Source of the DNA: a virus
Taxonomy: Duplodnaviria; Caudoviricetes
DNA length: 63,246 nt
IMG/VR virus record: IMGVR_UViG_3300020044_011668
Location: 1 to 63,246 of that record
Strand: one strand, 5' to 3'
In this document: positions 9,404-16,933 of the stretch, one piece after another
Layout: every line of letters begins with the position of its first letter
How positions within the stretch are numbered: position 1 is the stretch's first letter
Program-made: the position numbers and the translations under genes
The notes under the pieces: model-generated
What the model was told of the DNA's origin: nothing
What the model saw: only the letters and a program-made list of their open reading frames with translations
Databases searched by the model: none

Positions 9404-9742
9404 TCAGCGAGTGATGTTCGGGCGGCACTCAAGGGTGCCTTGCAAGAGTTTGGTTGTGAGACCTCCGAGCGCAAGGAACACGTCGTATTCGTAGCTGTCG
9501 CCGGGTTTGAGCTTCAGGGTTTCGGATGCCGGTAGGGTCATCGAGGCTTGCCCGTCGGTGGCGGGGGAGATCGCGGCGATGGTGAAGGTAGCCGTCACAG
9601 CATCCGTGTAGCTCGTGCGCACCTGCCCCGTGAAGGTCCCAGAGGTGATGTTGATCGCCGCGCCCGAGGGGTCTTTCAACGTGAGCACCATCGACCACGT
9701 GCTTGCGCGGTCAACGGTCAGGTTGTAGGTAGCGGCGAACAT
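9404..9742 (-). CDS. Fibre adaptor (BppU N-terminal-like), paralog of 7712-8056
   Basis: YNLTVDRAST...YEYDVF...LLQGTLECRPNITR. Confidence 0.6.
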   Translation of the reverse strand: MFAATYNLTVDRASTWSMVLTLKDPSGAAINITSGTFTGQVRTSYTDAVTATFTIAAISPATDGQASMTLPASETLKLKPGDSYEYDVFLALGGLTTKLLQGTLECRPNITR

Positions 9743-9777
9743 TGTGGGAGACTACCCGCTGCGGGCGTTCCCGTCAA
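9743..9777 (-). promoter_or_regulatory. sigma70-like promoter, leaderless
   Basis: TTGACG-17-TAGTCT-6 nt-ATG(9742). Confidence 0.65.
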
Positions 9778-10337
9778 GACTTGTTGCTGGCCCAGAGGCA
9801 CAATGCGTCGGCGTAGACGCGGGCAAGGGTCTCAAGGGAAACGCTGTAGGTATCGGTTTCCACGGCATTGGAGCCGAAGAAGGGTTCTAGAATCACGGCA
9901 GGGCAAGGGGTTTTCCGTAGGAAACCAGCCCCTCGCGAGAGCGAATCGCAGGGCTTGATACCACGGAACTTGCTCTGGGGGAACGCCTTCTTGTGCGTGA
10001 GCGCAAAGCACTGCGCGAGCTTCTCCGAACGCTGGCTACTACCCCAGAAGAGGTATTCGTAGCCCTCGGCGCTCGGGCTGGCACTGTTGAAATGAAACTC
10101 AAGGGCAGCATCAGCGCGCCAAGCACCAACGGCTTTGGCGACCCAAGCCATCGCGCTGACGTAGTCGTCCGCGTCATAGCTGCTGAAGATCTTGCACTCG
10201 TGCTTTCGTTCTTCGAGCAATTCGCAAACCCGTTCGGCCAGCGGCAGATTGAAAGCATGCTCGCTGATGCCCTTGGTGTTGATGGCACCGCGGTCGCCGC
10301 GTCTTGAATGCCCGATGCAGAGTGCGAAGCGGCTCAT
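9774..10337 (-). CDS. Endolysin, N-acetylmuramoyl-L-alanine amidase (Amidase_3)
   Basis: Zn ligands in CIGHS, SEHAFN and LEFHFNS; catalytic ILEPFF. Confidence 0.9.
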   Translation of the reverse strand: MSRFALCIGHSRRGDRGAINTKGISEHAFNLPLAERVCELLEERKHECKIFSSYDADDYVSAMAWVAKAVGAWRADAALEFHFNSASPSAEGYEYLFWGSSQRSEKLAQCFALTHKKAFPQSKFRGIKPCDSLSRGAGFLRKTPCPAVILEPFFGSNAVETDTYSVSLETLARVYADALCLWASNKS

Positions 10338-10519
10338 GGCTTTTTCAGGGAACGGTAAAGGGCAACAGCACCAACTGAAATACCGAGCATCAAAGAGCAG
10401 ATGCGCAGGGCGTATTCCACTTGCTCCTGTAACGAAGTAATGACGCCTAGTGCTGGCGCGGCAACGCCGATGATTGCATCAAGGGCACGTTCGAGAGGGC
10501 TGTGCGCGTGGTGGTTCAT
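10334..10519 (-). CDS. Putative holin
   Basis: 61 aa, two hydrophobic segments, basic C-terminus, adjacent to the endolysin. Confidence 0.6.
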   Translation of the reverse strand: MNHHAHSPLERALDAIIGVAAPALGVITSLQEQVEYALRICSLMLGISVGAVALYRSLKKP

Positions 10520-10749
10520 TTCGAGCCGACGATCGCTGCTTGTCTGTAGCTGTAGTGGCTGTGCATTTTCTGCCCACGTCCCACAACAACGCCTTCCTCG
10601 AAGAAATACCACTCGCCCTCAATCAGGTGCACTGTCGGCGGATCATACAGCGCGCTGTCGTTCGCGTGCGAGTCTTTGGCCCAATCGAAGCAAGCGCAGC
10701 TTTGCAGCAGGAGAGCCGTCATCAGCGAGGCGATCAATTTCATCTTCAA
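10516..10749 (-). CDS. Lipoprotein, putative o-spanin (Rz1-like)
   Basis: Signal peptide with lipobox LLLQSC; overlaps 10643-10837 in another frame. Confidence 0.6.
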   Translation of the reverse strand: MKMKLIASLMTALLLQSCACFDWAKDSHANDSALYDPPTVHLIEGEWYFFEEGVVVGRGQKMHSHYSYRQAAIVGSK

Positions 10750-10837
10750 GGCGATCGGTGTAGGTTTCCCGTTGCAGGTTGCACCATGCCACGTAGGCGT
10801 TGAGCGCCGCGGTGATGGCGAGCAACAGGGCGTTCAC
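10643..10837 (-). CDS. Putative i-spanin (Rz-like)
   Basis: N-terminal hydrophobic helix followed by a charged helix; overlaps the lipoprotein gene. Confidence 0.5.
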   Translation of the reverse strand: MNALLLAITAALNAYVAWCNLQRETYTDRLEDEIDRLADDGSPAAKLRLLRLGQRLARERQRAV

Positions 10838-10986
10838 TTGCTGTCAGCGGCCTTGATCAAACCGAATCCGGCGGTGACGCCCGTGACGAGGGCAGCCCAG
10901 TTGGCGGCACCTGTGTTCAGGAACTCGATGGTGGCGTTCGCAATGGCGGCGAGGATGGTGGCAATTCCGAGGGCTGTGGTCTTCAT
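10834..10986 (-). CDS. Small two-TM membrane protein (holin/antiholin-like, 50 aa)
   Basis: MKTTALGIATILAAIANATIEFLNTGAANWAALVTGVTAGFGLIKAADSK; below the track cutoff; GTGA overlap with the next gene. Confidence 0.65.
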   Translation of the reverse strand: MKTTALGIATILAAIANATIEFLNTGAANWAALVTGVTAGFGLIKAADSK

Positions 10987-10988
10987 GA

Positions 10989-11660
10989 TTACTTGGTGGT
11001 GTAGAGTTTGACGGCAAACTTTCCGGGGGTCAGCGAGAGCAGCTTGGGGTCGCTGTTGACCATGTCGAGGATCTTCTGCATCTTCATTTTATCAACACGG
11101 GAGTTTGGGTCGAAGCTCCCGCCGTGTGCCTTGGCAAAGAAGGACTGCATCATTTCGTCTTCGGCGACGAGCTTGGCTTTTGGTGGTTTCCCTGCTGCCA
11201 TTTGAGTAGCAGCTTCGATGTCGCGACCTTTGGCTCCCATTTGCAGGGCCGCTTCTACGTCAGCTCCGCTAAGGCCTTCTGGGCGAGCTGCTCCTCGCAT
11301 GAGCTTGCGGCCCATGTCTTTGTCCGCCGCCATTTGAGTAGCAGCTTCGATGTCGCGACCTTTGGCTCCCATTTGCAGGGCCGCTTCTACGTCAGCTCCG
11401 CTAAGGCCTTCTGGGCGAGCTGCTCCTCGCATGAGCTTGCGGCCCATTCGGCGCTCCCCGCCCATTTGTGTGGCAGCTTCGATGTCGCGACCTTCCGCGC
11501 CCATCTGCATAGCTGCCTCGATGTCAGCACCGCTAAGGCCTTCCGGACGAGAGGCTCCTCGCAGGAGCTTGCGTTTCATCTTGCCGGTGCCGCGTTCGGG
11601 TGGTTTGCCCATGTCGCCGAACATGCGCTCGACGCGAGAGAGGAATGTGTCTTCAGCCAT
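10989..11660 (-). CDS. Hypothetical protein with three 44-aa tandem repeats
   Basis: 132-bp units starting near 11197, 11329 and 11461. Confidence 0.7.
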   Translation of the reverse strand: MAEDTFLSRVERMFGDMGKPPERGTGKMKRKLLRGASRPEGLSGADIEAAMQMGAEGRDIEAATQMGGERRMGRKLMRGAARPEGLSGADVEAALQMGAKGRDIEAATQMAADKDMGRKLMRGAARPEGLSGADVEAALQMGAKGRDIEAATQMAAGKPPKAKLVAEDEMMQSFFAKAHGGSFDPNSRVDKMKMQKILDMVNSDPKLLSLTPGKFAVKLYTTK

Positions 11661-11671
11661 TGTGGTGTTGG

Positions 11672-11911
11672 TTAGCGTTTGGTCATGCCCCGTTCGACGG
11701 CAGCCATGAAGTTTGCGGGTTCTTCTTCCATCTCCATCTCGCCTTCTTCGTCTTCCATTTCTTCATCTTCCATTTCACCTTCAGGCAAAGGCATGCCATC
11801 AACGGCAAGGGCGTAGAGCTGGCCGTCACGCATTTCAAACATGACGGGAAGTTCGAAGGTGTCTTCGTTCGGCGGCTGGAAGCCTTCGGGGATCGGCAGG
11901 TAGGCGGGCAT
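11672..11911 (-). CDS. Small acidic protein
   Basis: MPAYLPIPEG...EDEEMEDEE; upstream TTGACG-17-CACCAT promoter at 11932-11960. Confidence 0.65.
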   Translation of the reverse strand: MPAYLPIPEGFQPPNEDTFELPVMFEMRDGQLYALAVDGMPLPEGEMEDEEMEDEEGEMEMEEEPANFMAAVERGMTKR

Positions 11912-11963
11912 ATGCGTTAAAGGTTGCGCGTATGGTGCCCGCAATTAGCGTTGCCGTCAAGGC

Positions 11964-12007
11964 AAAAAGAAACCCCGAATCCGGTGGGAGATGCCGGATT
12001 CGGGGTT
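11964..12007 (-). terminator. Rho-independent terminator after the capsid/decoration genes
   Basis: 14-bp perfect stem AACCCCGAATCCGG/CCGGATTCGGGGTT followed by a U-rich tract on the minus strand. Confidence 0.85.
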
Positions 12008-12046
12008 CGGGCTTTGTCCGAAGACGTGGGCCGAGGTGGGGGTTCT

Positions 12047-12439
12047 TCAGACGCGATACCAGCCGGTGCCGTTGCTGAGCAGGTGGGCTGAGGTGGCGGC
12101 AGCGATGCCTTCCGTTCCGGCGGCAAGGGCGGGTAGCGTGAGCGCAGCGGTTGTGACGTCGTTGATGATAAACAACTCACGAAGTGGGCCAGAGGCGGCC
12201 GGTAGGGTGAGGTTGCTGGCTTGGGTGGTTCCGGTGACAACTGTCACACGGGCACTGATGGTCAGGCTCGCCGCAGAGGCGACGGTGGTGATCTCACCAG
12301 CATTCAGGCCGCTGATCTGGTTCAGCGCAATAGCGCGAACCTGCGAGCTGCCGGTGCCGTTGGGGTCACTGATCGGAATCAGGTCATCGCCAGCAGGGGT
12401 GACACGTTGGAGAATCGGGATGTCGTCAAGGGTAGGCAT
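12047..12439 (-). CDS. Putative capsid decoration/cement protein
   Basis: 130 aa, Thr/Ala-rich, immediately after the major capsid gene. Confidence 0.5.
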   Translation of the reverse strand: MPTLDDIPILQRVTPAGDDLIPISDPNGTGSSQVRAIALNQISGLNAGEITTVASAASLTISARVTVVTGTTQASNLTLPAASGPLRELFIINDVTTAALTLPALAAGTEGIAAATSAHLLSNGTGWYRV

Positions 12440-12466
12440 AGGACAGACAGGGTTGGTTGGAAAGGG

Positions 12467-12498
12467 AGCAAGGCCCCATTTTTAGGTGGGGCCTTGCT
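12467..12498 (-). terminator. Hairpin after the capsid gene (weak terminator or mRNA stabiliser)
   Basis: AGCAAGGCCCCA/TGGGGCCTTGCT stem with a poor U tract. Confidence 0.55.
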
Positions 12499-12506
12499 TG
12501 GGGGGT

Positions 12507-13826
12507 TTAGGTGGCGGGGGTGGTGGAGTCGCGCTTGAAGATCACCACGTAGCCGAACTCCGTCTTGATCGGCTTCGAGGCGCTCGCGAGAACGCCGCGG
12601 AAGAAGCCGATGGTGCCGTCGGGGTTGAGATCGACGGACGGGATGTTCTTCCAGTCGAACTTGCCGCGGTAGTTGAGCGGGTCGAAGGTCAGACCGCTTG
12701 CGCCGGTGATCGGCTCAGGGATCTGGGACTCCATCACGTCTTGGTGCAGCACGTAGGCGGCTTCGAACGGGGCCGTGTTGTAGGATGCGTTCTCCGTGAT
12801 GACCCCGTTGGTGGCCGTGTAGGGGAACACACGGTTTAGGGTGCCGTCCGCAGTGTCCGCGCCGCCGCCGTCAGTGTCGGTGTCCGCAGTGAACCGCGGG
12901 GCGAGGTCGTCGATCAGGTGGTAGAACCCGCGGTGGCTGCGCTCGATGCCGAGAGGGGCAATGAGTTCGCCGACCTTGGCGTTGTTGTAGCGGTAGTCGT
13001 CGCGGAAACCGGATTCGGTGACCAGCGCGTAGGATGCTTCCGAGGAGCAAACCAGACCGAACACCGGACGGGCGTTCTCACGGCCGTAGGCATTGGCTCC
13101 AGCGCCACCACGCACGAGGCGGAAGTAGATCGAATCAAGGATCTTGTTCGAGATGTTCGCGGCTGGGTCTCCGCTAAGGTTGACGTCAACCGTTGCGTTA
13201 CCTTCCTTGCCGCTGGAGATCAGCGTCGAGCCCGTCTTACAGACGAAGATGTTGGCACACAGGCGGTCATACTCGTCGCGGTAGCGCTCTTCCCACGAGT
13301 AGCGGGTGGAGTCGGTCAACGCATCCATGACGGCCCGCAGTTGCTCCTGACGGTAGGCGGCGAAGCGGAGGTCTTCCACGTTGATGCGTGGGGACTCGAC
13401 AACAGCGCGCCGGAGGTCGTATTGTTTGAGCTGGCGGGCGAACTGGATGAACGACTTGCCGCTCTGCGCACCGAGGTTGGTGTCGCGAGCGCCGATCAGG
13501 ATCTGATCGAGGGTGTTGCCCGTCTGAAGGGTGTCCTGAGCGTGGGTGTCGGGGCTGAGCTTAGTCCAGCTAAGGCCGAGCGTAGAGCCGTTGGCCGAGG
13601 TGGTCGGGAGCGAGCGGTCGTAGATCAGCGTGCCCAGCGTGTAGCCCATACCGGATGGGAACGCGGTCTGCTTGATGAGGTCCATCCACGGGCTGGTGTG
13701 CACCGTGCGCCGGTGGATGTCGGAACCGATGCGGTTGGCCTCCTGCGTGAGGATGGTGTCGATGGCGGTAGTGCCGTCGGTCTGGACAAAGAGTTGGGTG
13801 TTGAGGTGGGGGGACGCGATAGCCAT
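12507..13826 (-). CDS. Major capsid protein
   Basis: 439 aa, strongly biased codon usage, downstream of portal and scaffold, with its own promoter and terminator. Confidence 0.75.
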   Translation of the reverse strand: MAIASPHLNTQLFVQTDGTTAIDTILTQEANRIGSDIHRRTVHTSPWMDLIKQTAFPSGMGYTLGTLIYDRSLPTTSANGSTLGLSWTKLSPDTHAQDTLQTGNTLDQILIGARDTNLGAQSGKSFIQFARQLKQYDLRRAVVESPRINVEDLRFAAYRQEQLRAVMDALTDSTRYSWEERYRDEYDRLCANIFVCKTGSTLISSGKEGNATVDVNLSGDPAANISNKILDSIYFRLVRGGAGANAYGRENARPVFGLVCSSEASYALVTESGFRDDYRYNNAKVGELIAPLGIERSHRGFYHLIDDLAPRFTADTDTDGGGADTADGTLNRVFPYTATNGVITENASYNTAPFEAAYVLHQDVMESQIPEPITGASGLTFDPLNYRGKFDWKNIPSVDLNPDGTIGFFRGVLASASKPIKTEFGYVVIFKRDSTTPAT

Positions 13827-14039
13827 AAAAAAGTGGGGTTGGTTCTAGGGGAAAGGTTGGTTTGGGAACGAATGCGAGGCGGGGGTATCGCTGAAGCGGG
13901 CGATCGGCCCGTAGCGGGCCAAAGCTTCAATTTGGTTCCGTGTCCAACCCGCCAATAGAACTGGATTCACCACTTTCGGGGTAGGCTCAGAGCGGGCCAA
14001 GGCGGGCTATCTGCGGTGTGTTCGCGAGAACACGCAGGT

Positions 14040-14080
14040 AGAATGCAACAAACCCGATTGGTTGTCAATCGGGTTTGTTG
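14040..14080 (-). promoter_or_regulatory. Capsid promoter overlapped by a 15-bp perfect palindrome
   Basis: TTGACA(14068-14063)-17-CATTCT(14045-14040); arms at 14046-14060 and 14066-14080. Confidence 0.7.
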
Positions 14081-14108
14081 GGTATTTTGTAGATTTTTTC
14101 GTTTAGGC

Positions 14109-14342
14109 TCAGCGGCGGTAGCGCGCAGCCTTCTCGGCGATCGCTTTCGGTTGGGGCACGAACTGCTTCCCAGCGCGGTTGCCCTCGGCTTTCGCACGGT
14201 TGGTGGCAGCCCGCTCAGCGGGTGTCAAAGCGGACCACGCCTTGTCGGGCAGGTAGCGCTTCTTGCCCTCTGAGGGGGTGCCGTCGGAGGTCCTCCAAGA
14301 CTGGCTGACCCACTGCCGCAACGATTGCTGGGGTTTCTTCAT
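14109..14342 (-). CDS. DUF5872-like protein, C-terminal half
   Basis: QQSLRQW...RYLPDKAW...GKQFVPQP. Confidence 0.65.
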   Translation of the reverse strand: MKKPQQSLRQWVSQSWRTSDGTPSEGKKRYLPDKAWSALTPAERAATNRAKAEGNRAGKQFVPQPKAIAEKAARYRR

Positions 14343-14345
14343 GGG

Positions 14346-14531
14346 CTACTTGCTGCTGGTATACGCGCCGCCCTTGCTTTTATATTCCCGAGCCAGCAGC
14401 AAGGCTTTACGAGCCGACCACTCATTCGGGTCGCCACCACGGGTGCCTGCTTTGATGGATTCAAACAAGCGTTTGCGCATGGTGGGCTTGGTGTAGTTGC
14501 CCGCTTCGTTGACTCGGCTTTTGGGTTTCAT
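14346..14531 (-). CDS. DUF5872-like protein, N-terminal half
   Basis: YTKPTMRKRLFESIKAG..GG.PNEWSARKA.LLAREYK.KGG.Y. Confidence 0.65.
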   Translation of the reverse strand: MKPKSRVNEAGNYTKPTMRKRLFESIKAGTRGGDPNEWSARKALLLAREYKSKGGAYTSSK

Positions 14532-14851
14532 GGTTCCGGATCTGTGAGGATCACCCAGTCCTCAGCAAGGATGTCGGTTTGGGAGGCGAGCCATCCAGTG
14601 AGCACCTTCTTGTCGGCGGTCATCATGCGGATGGAACCAAGGGCTTCGATCTCGCCCCCGTTGGCCTCCGCAACCTGCCGTAAGTGGGGCTCACGGCACC
14701 ACTCGGCTCTCACCATGGCGGCGGGTAGCAGCCAGAGATACATGCTTTTCCCGTTCCACCCTTCTCGGGCGACGCGGTATCCGGCTTTCAGGGCTTCGAT
14801 GGCGCGCCCAAAGGTCAGCGCGGTGGTCTTTTCGGGGTCAATAGTCTGCAT
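14528..14851 (-). CDS. tad2: Thoeris anti-defence 2 (Tad2, DUF2829) signal-sponge protein
   Basis: FGRAIEALKAGYRVAREGWNGKSMYL...TAD...WLASQTDILAEDW matches the family motifs. Confidence 0.88.
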   Translation of the reverse strand: MQTIDPEKTTALTFGRAIEALKAGYRVAREGWNGKSMYLWLLPAAMVRAEWCREPHLRQVAEANGGEIEALGSIRMMTADKKVLTGWLASQTDILAEDWVILTDPEP

Positions 14852-14974
14852 GGTTTGGTTGGGGTAGGGGAGGGAGAGCCACCTTCCCTGCAGCGTCCTG
14901 CGGGGTCACACGTCTGTTCGTGCTGGATGGTGCGCTTCGTAACGAGAGGCGTCCGGTGGAAGTGGGTCACGGGT

Positions 14975-16087
14975 TCACCCACCGAAGGCCGCGGTGACCG
15001 CATCCATGAAGGATTTGCCGTCGTTGCCGCCCGTTGGGCCAGCAGGGCTAGTGCCGCCGCCACCGGCGCGGGGGGTCGCGCGGTCGAACTTGGCAAGCTT
15101 GTCGGTGAGGGAATCCAGTTCCTTGCGCAGGGTAAGGTATTCGCGGGCGACCTTCGGTAGCAACTGGGCCGAGAACGATTGGAACGCGCTGTCCACCGGC
15201 GACAACTTGCTGGTATCCTGTTCGGCCACGCGCTGGCTGATGGTTTTGAGATCAACCCCGTCAATGCCGTCGAGGAAGGTCAGCTTCTTGCTGAGCTGCT
15301 CTGCCACCGCCGTAGCGGCCTGCTTGCGCTCTGCAGCGCGTTCAACGAGCTGCTGCTGGGTCTGGACCTGCTGCAGTGCCTCGGCCTCTTGTAGGGCCTC
15401 CTGAGCGTTCTCCTGAAGCACGGCGCGCTGATGCAGGATCGGCTTGATCTGCTCGACGATCTTGTAGATGCGGAAACGGTCGCGATCATTCGCGGTAGCG
15501 AGCAGGTCCGAAAGGGCTTCGTCCTGTGCCGCTTCGTCGTCGAGCGCGATGGCATCGAGCAGTTCGTTGGCGTCCACCGAGTATTTTTCGGCGAGGGCAT
15601 CGGCCTCAGAAACGAGCTGTGCAAGGGGTTCGGCAACAAGTTCCTTGTAGACCGAGCTGGATTCAAGCTTGGTGACCAGCAGCTCGCGCTCGTAGCTGTC
15701 CACCTTCGTGCGGAGCTGCTCGTATTCGGGGTTGTCGGCAATGGCTTTGAGTTCCTCCAAGCGTGCTTCGCGTTCAGCGAGCGAGCCTTCGAGTTCCTGC
15801 AGGCGGGACTTGCTGCTCTTGAGTTCCGTCTTGAGCTGCTTGAAACGCTTGGCGGCTTGGGGGGTCCAATCCTTCTCCGGCTCGACGGAATCCAACTCGT
15901 CAAGCGGGTTGTCCGCTGCGGCAGCCGGTTCTTCGTTCTCTTCGGCGTCGGCTGCTGCATCCGGGATGGCGGCAAGGGCGGCGGGTTCCGGTGCGTCGGC
16001 GATCGAATCAAAGCCGCTGAAGGCGTCCTCGATGCTGTTGATGAACCCGTCGTTGGCTGGGGCTTCTGGGGTGGCTGTGGCTTCCAT
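14975..16087 (-). CDS. Capsid scaffolding protein
   Basis: Acidic low-complexity N-terminus and long coiled coil, between portal and capsid. Confidence 0.65.
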   Translation of the reverse strand: MEATATPEAPANDGFINSIEDAFSGFDSIADAPEPAALAAIPDAAADAEENEEPAAAADNPLDELDSVEPEKDWTPQAAKRFKQLKTELKSSKSRLQELEGSLAEREARLEELKAIADNPEYEQLRTKVDSYERELLVTKLESSSVYKELVAEPLAQLVSEADALAEKYSVDANELLDAIALDDEAAQDEALSDLLATANDRDRFRIYKIVEQIKPILHQRAVLQENAQEALQEAEALQQVQTQQQLVERAAERKQAATAVAEQLSKKLTFLDGIDGVDLKTISQRVAEQDTSKLSPVDSAFQSFSAQLLPKVAREYLTLRKELDSLTDKLAKFDRATPRAGGGGTSPAGPTGGNDGKSFMDAVTAAFGG

Positions 16088-16092
16088 GATGT

Positions 16093-16425
16093 TTAGTCTT
16101 CGATGTGCGCCCATTCTTCGGGCAGGTCTCGGTTGCGCGCGGCAGGAGCCACGGTAAGGGCGAGAAGGTCGCGTAGGGCATCGCGGTAACCGGCGAGCCA
16201 AGCGTGTCGCAACACGTTCTCCTCGTTGGGTCGGTTCAGGTGCGCGTAGGTGGGCAGCGCGGCATCAAGCAAAGTGGCCTGCGCTACTTGGAAAGCTTCC
16301 TCGCTCAACAGCTCCCGAAGGCGGGAGACCATGATCGGGTCTTGGAACCAGCGTTCCAGCTTTCGGGGCACCGGCACTGCGGGTAGTGCAGCGGCGCGGG
16401 GGCTACGGGTTCGACGGGCTGGCAT
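16093..16425 (-). CDS. Conserved hypothetical head-cluster protein
   Basis: Leaderless promoter TTGACC-17-TACAGA-7 nt-ATG; 9-bp palindrome at 16460-16481. Confidence 0.6.
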   Translation of the reverse strand: MPARRTRSPRAAALPAVPVPRKLERWFQDPIMVSRLRELLSEEAFQVAQATLLDAALPTYAHLNRPNEENVLRHAWLAGYRDALRDLLALTVAPAARNRDLPEEWAHIED

Positions 16426-16512
16426 GCGGGAATCTGTAGCCGGATACCGGGTTCAGGTCAATCTTTTGTTGTCAAAAGATTTGGGGTCAAACGTGGGTCC
16501 CGTCAGAGGGTG

Positions 16513-16929
16513 CTAGATATTTTTGCTGCGGAAAAAGCTAGACGGCTCGGGTTGGGCTGTGGGGGCGAACACACTTTGCCCTCGGTTGATTCGGGTCTTC
16601 GCGTGGTCAATGGCCTTTTGGATGATGGTCTCCGGTATGTCTTTCTTATTCGGGATGATGTCACCCACCATCAGCCTGACTTCTTCTGCGGTAAGCGTCG
16701 GAACCAAAGTAGGGAAATCAATCCGCTGACCCTTCGGATCCTTCACAGCGTCCGATTGCATTGTGTATTCCGTGGCCACTCCCCCGTCAGGTAGGCGAAG
16801 CTCCCCGAGCCAGCCCATACCCTTTGAGGTTCCGTCTGGACGGCTGCCATATCCCGTCCGTTTCTTGAGCGCAATCGCGCGCTCAACAGACGACACGAAA
16901 TCAGCGGACTTAGGGCTCGGGGTGGTCAT
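16513..16929 (-). CDS. Hypothetical protein
   Basis: GYGSRPDGTSKGMGWLG...PTLVPTLT; ATG 4 nt after the portal stop. Confidence 0.65.
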   Translation of the reverse strand: MTTPSPKSADFVSSVERAIALKKRTGYGSRPDGTSKGMGWLGELRLPDGGVATEYTMQSDAVKDPKGQRIDFPTLVPTLTAEEVRLMVGDIIPNKKDIPETIIQKAIDHAKTRINRGQSVFAPTAQPEPSSFFRSKNI

Positions 16930-16933
16930 AGTG

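Noticed and set aside
14343-14348. Amber stop-codon reassignment
   Set aside because: Core genes are intact under the standard code and no suppressor tRNA is seen; only one in-frame TAG case
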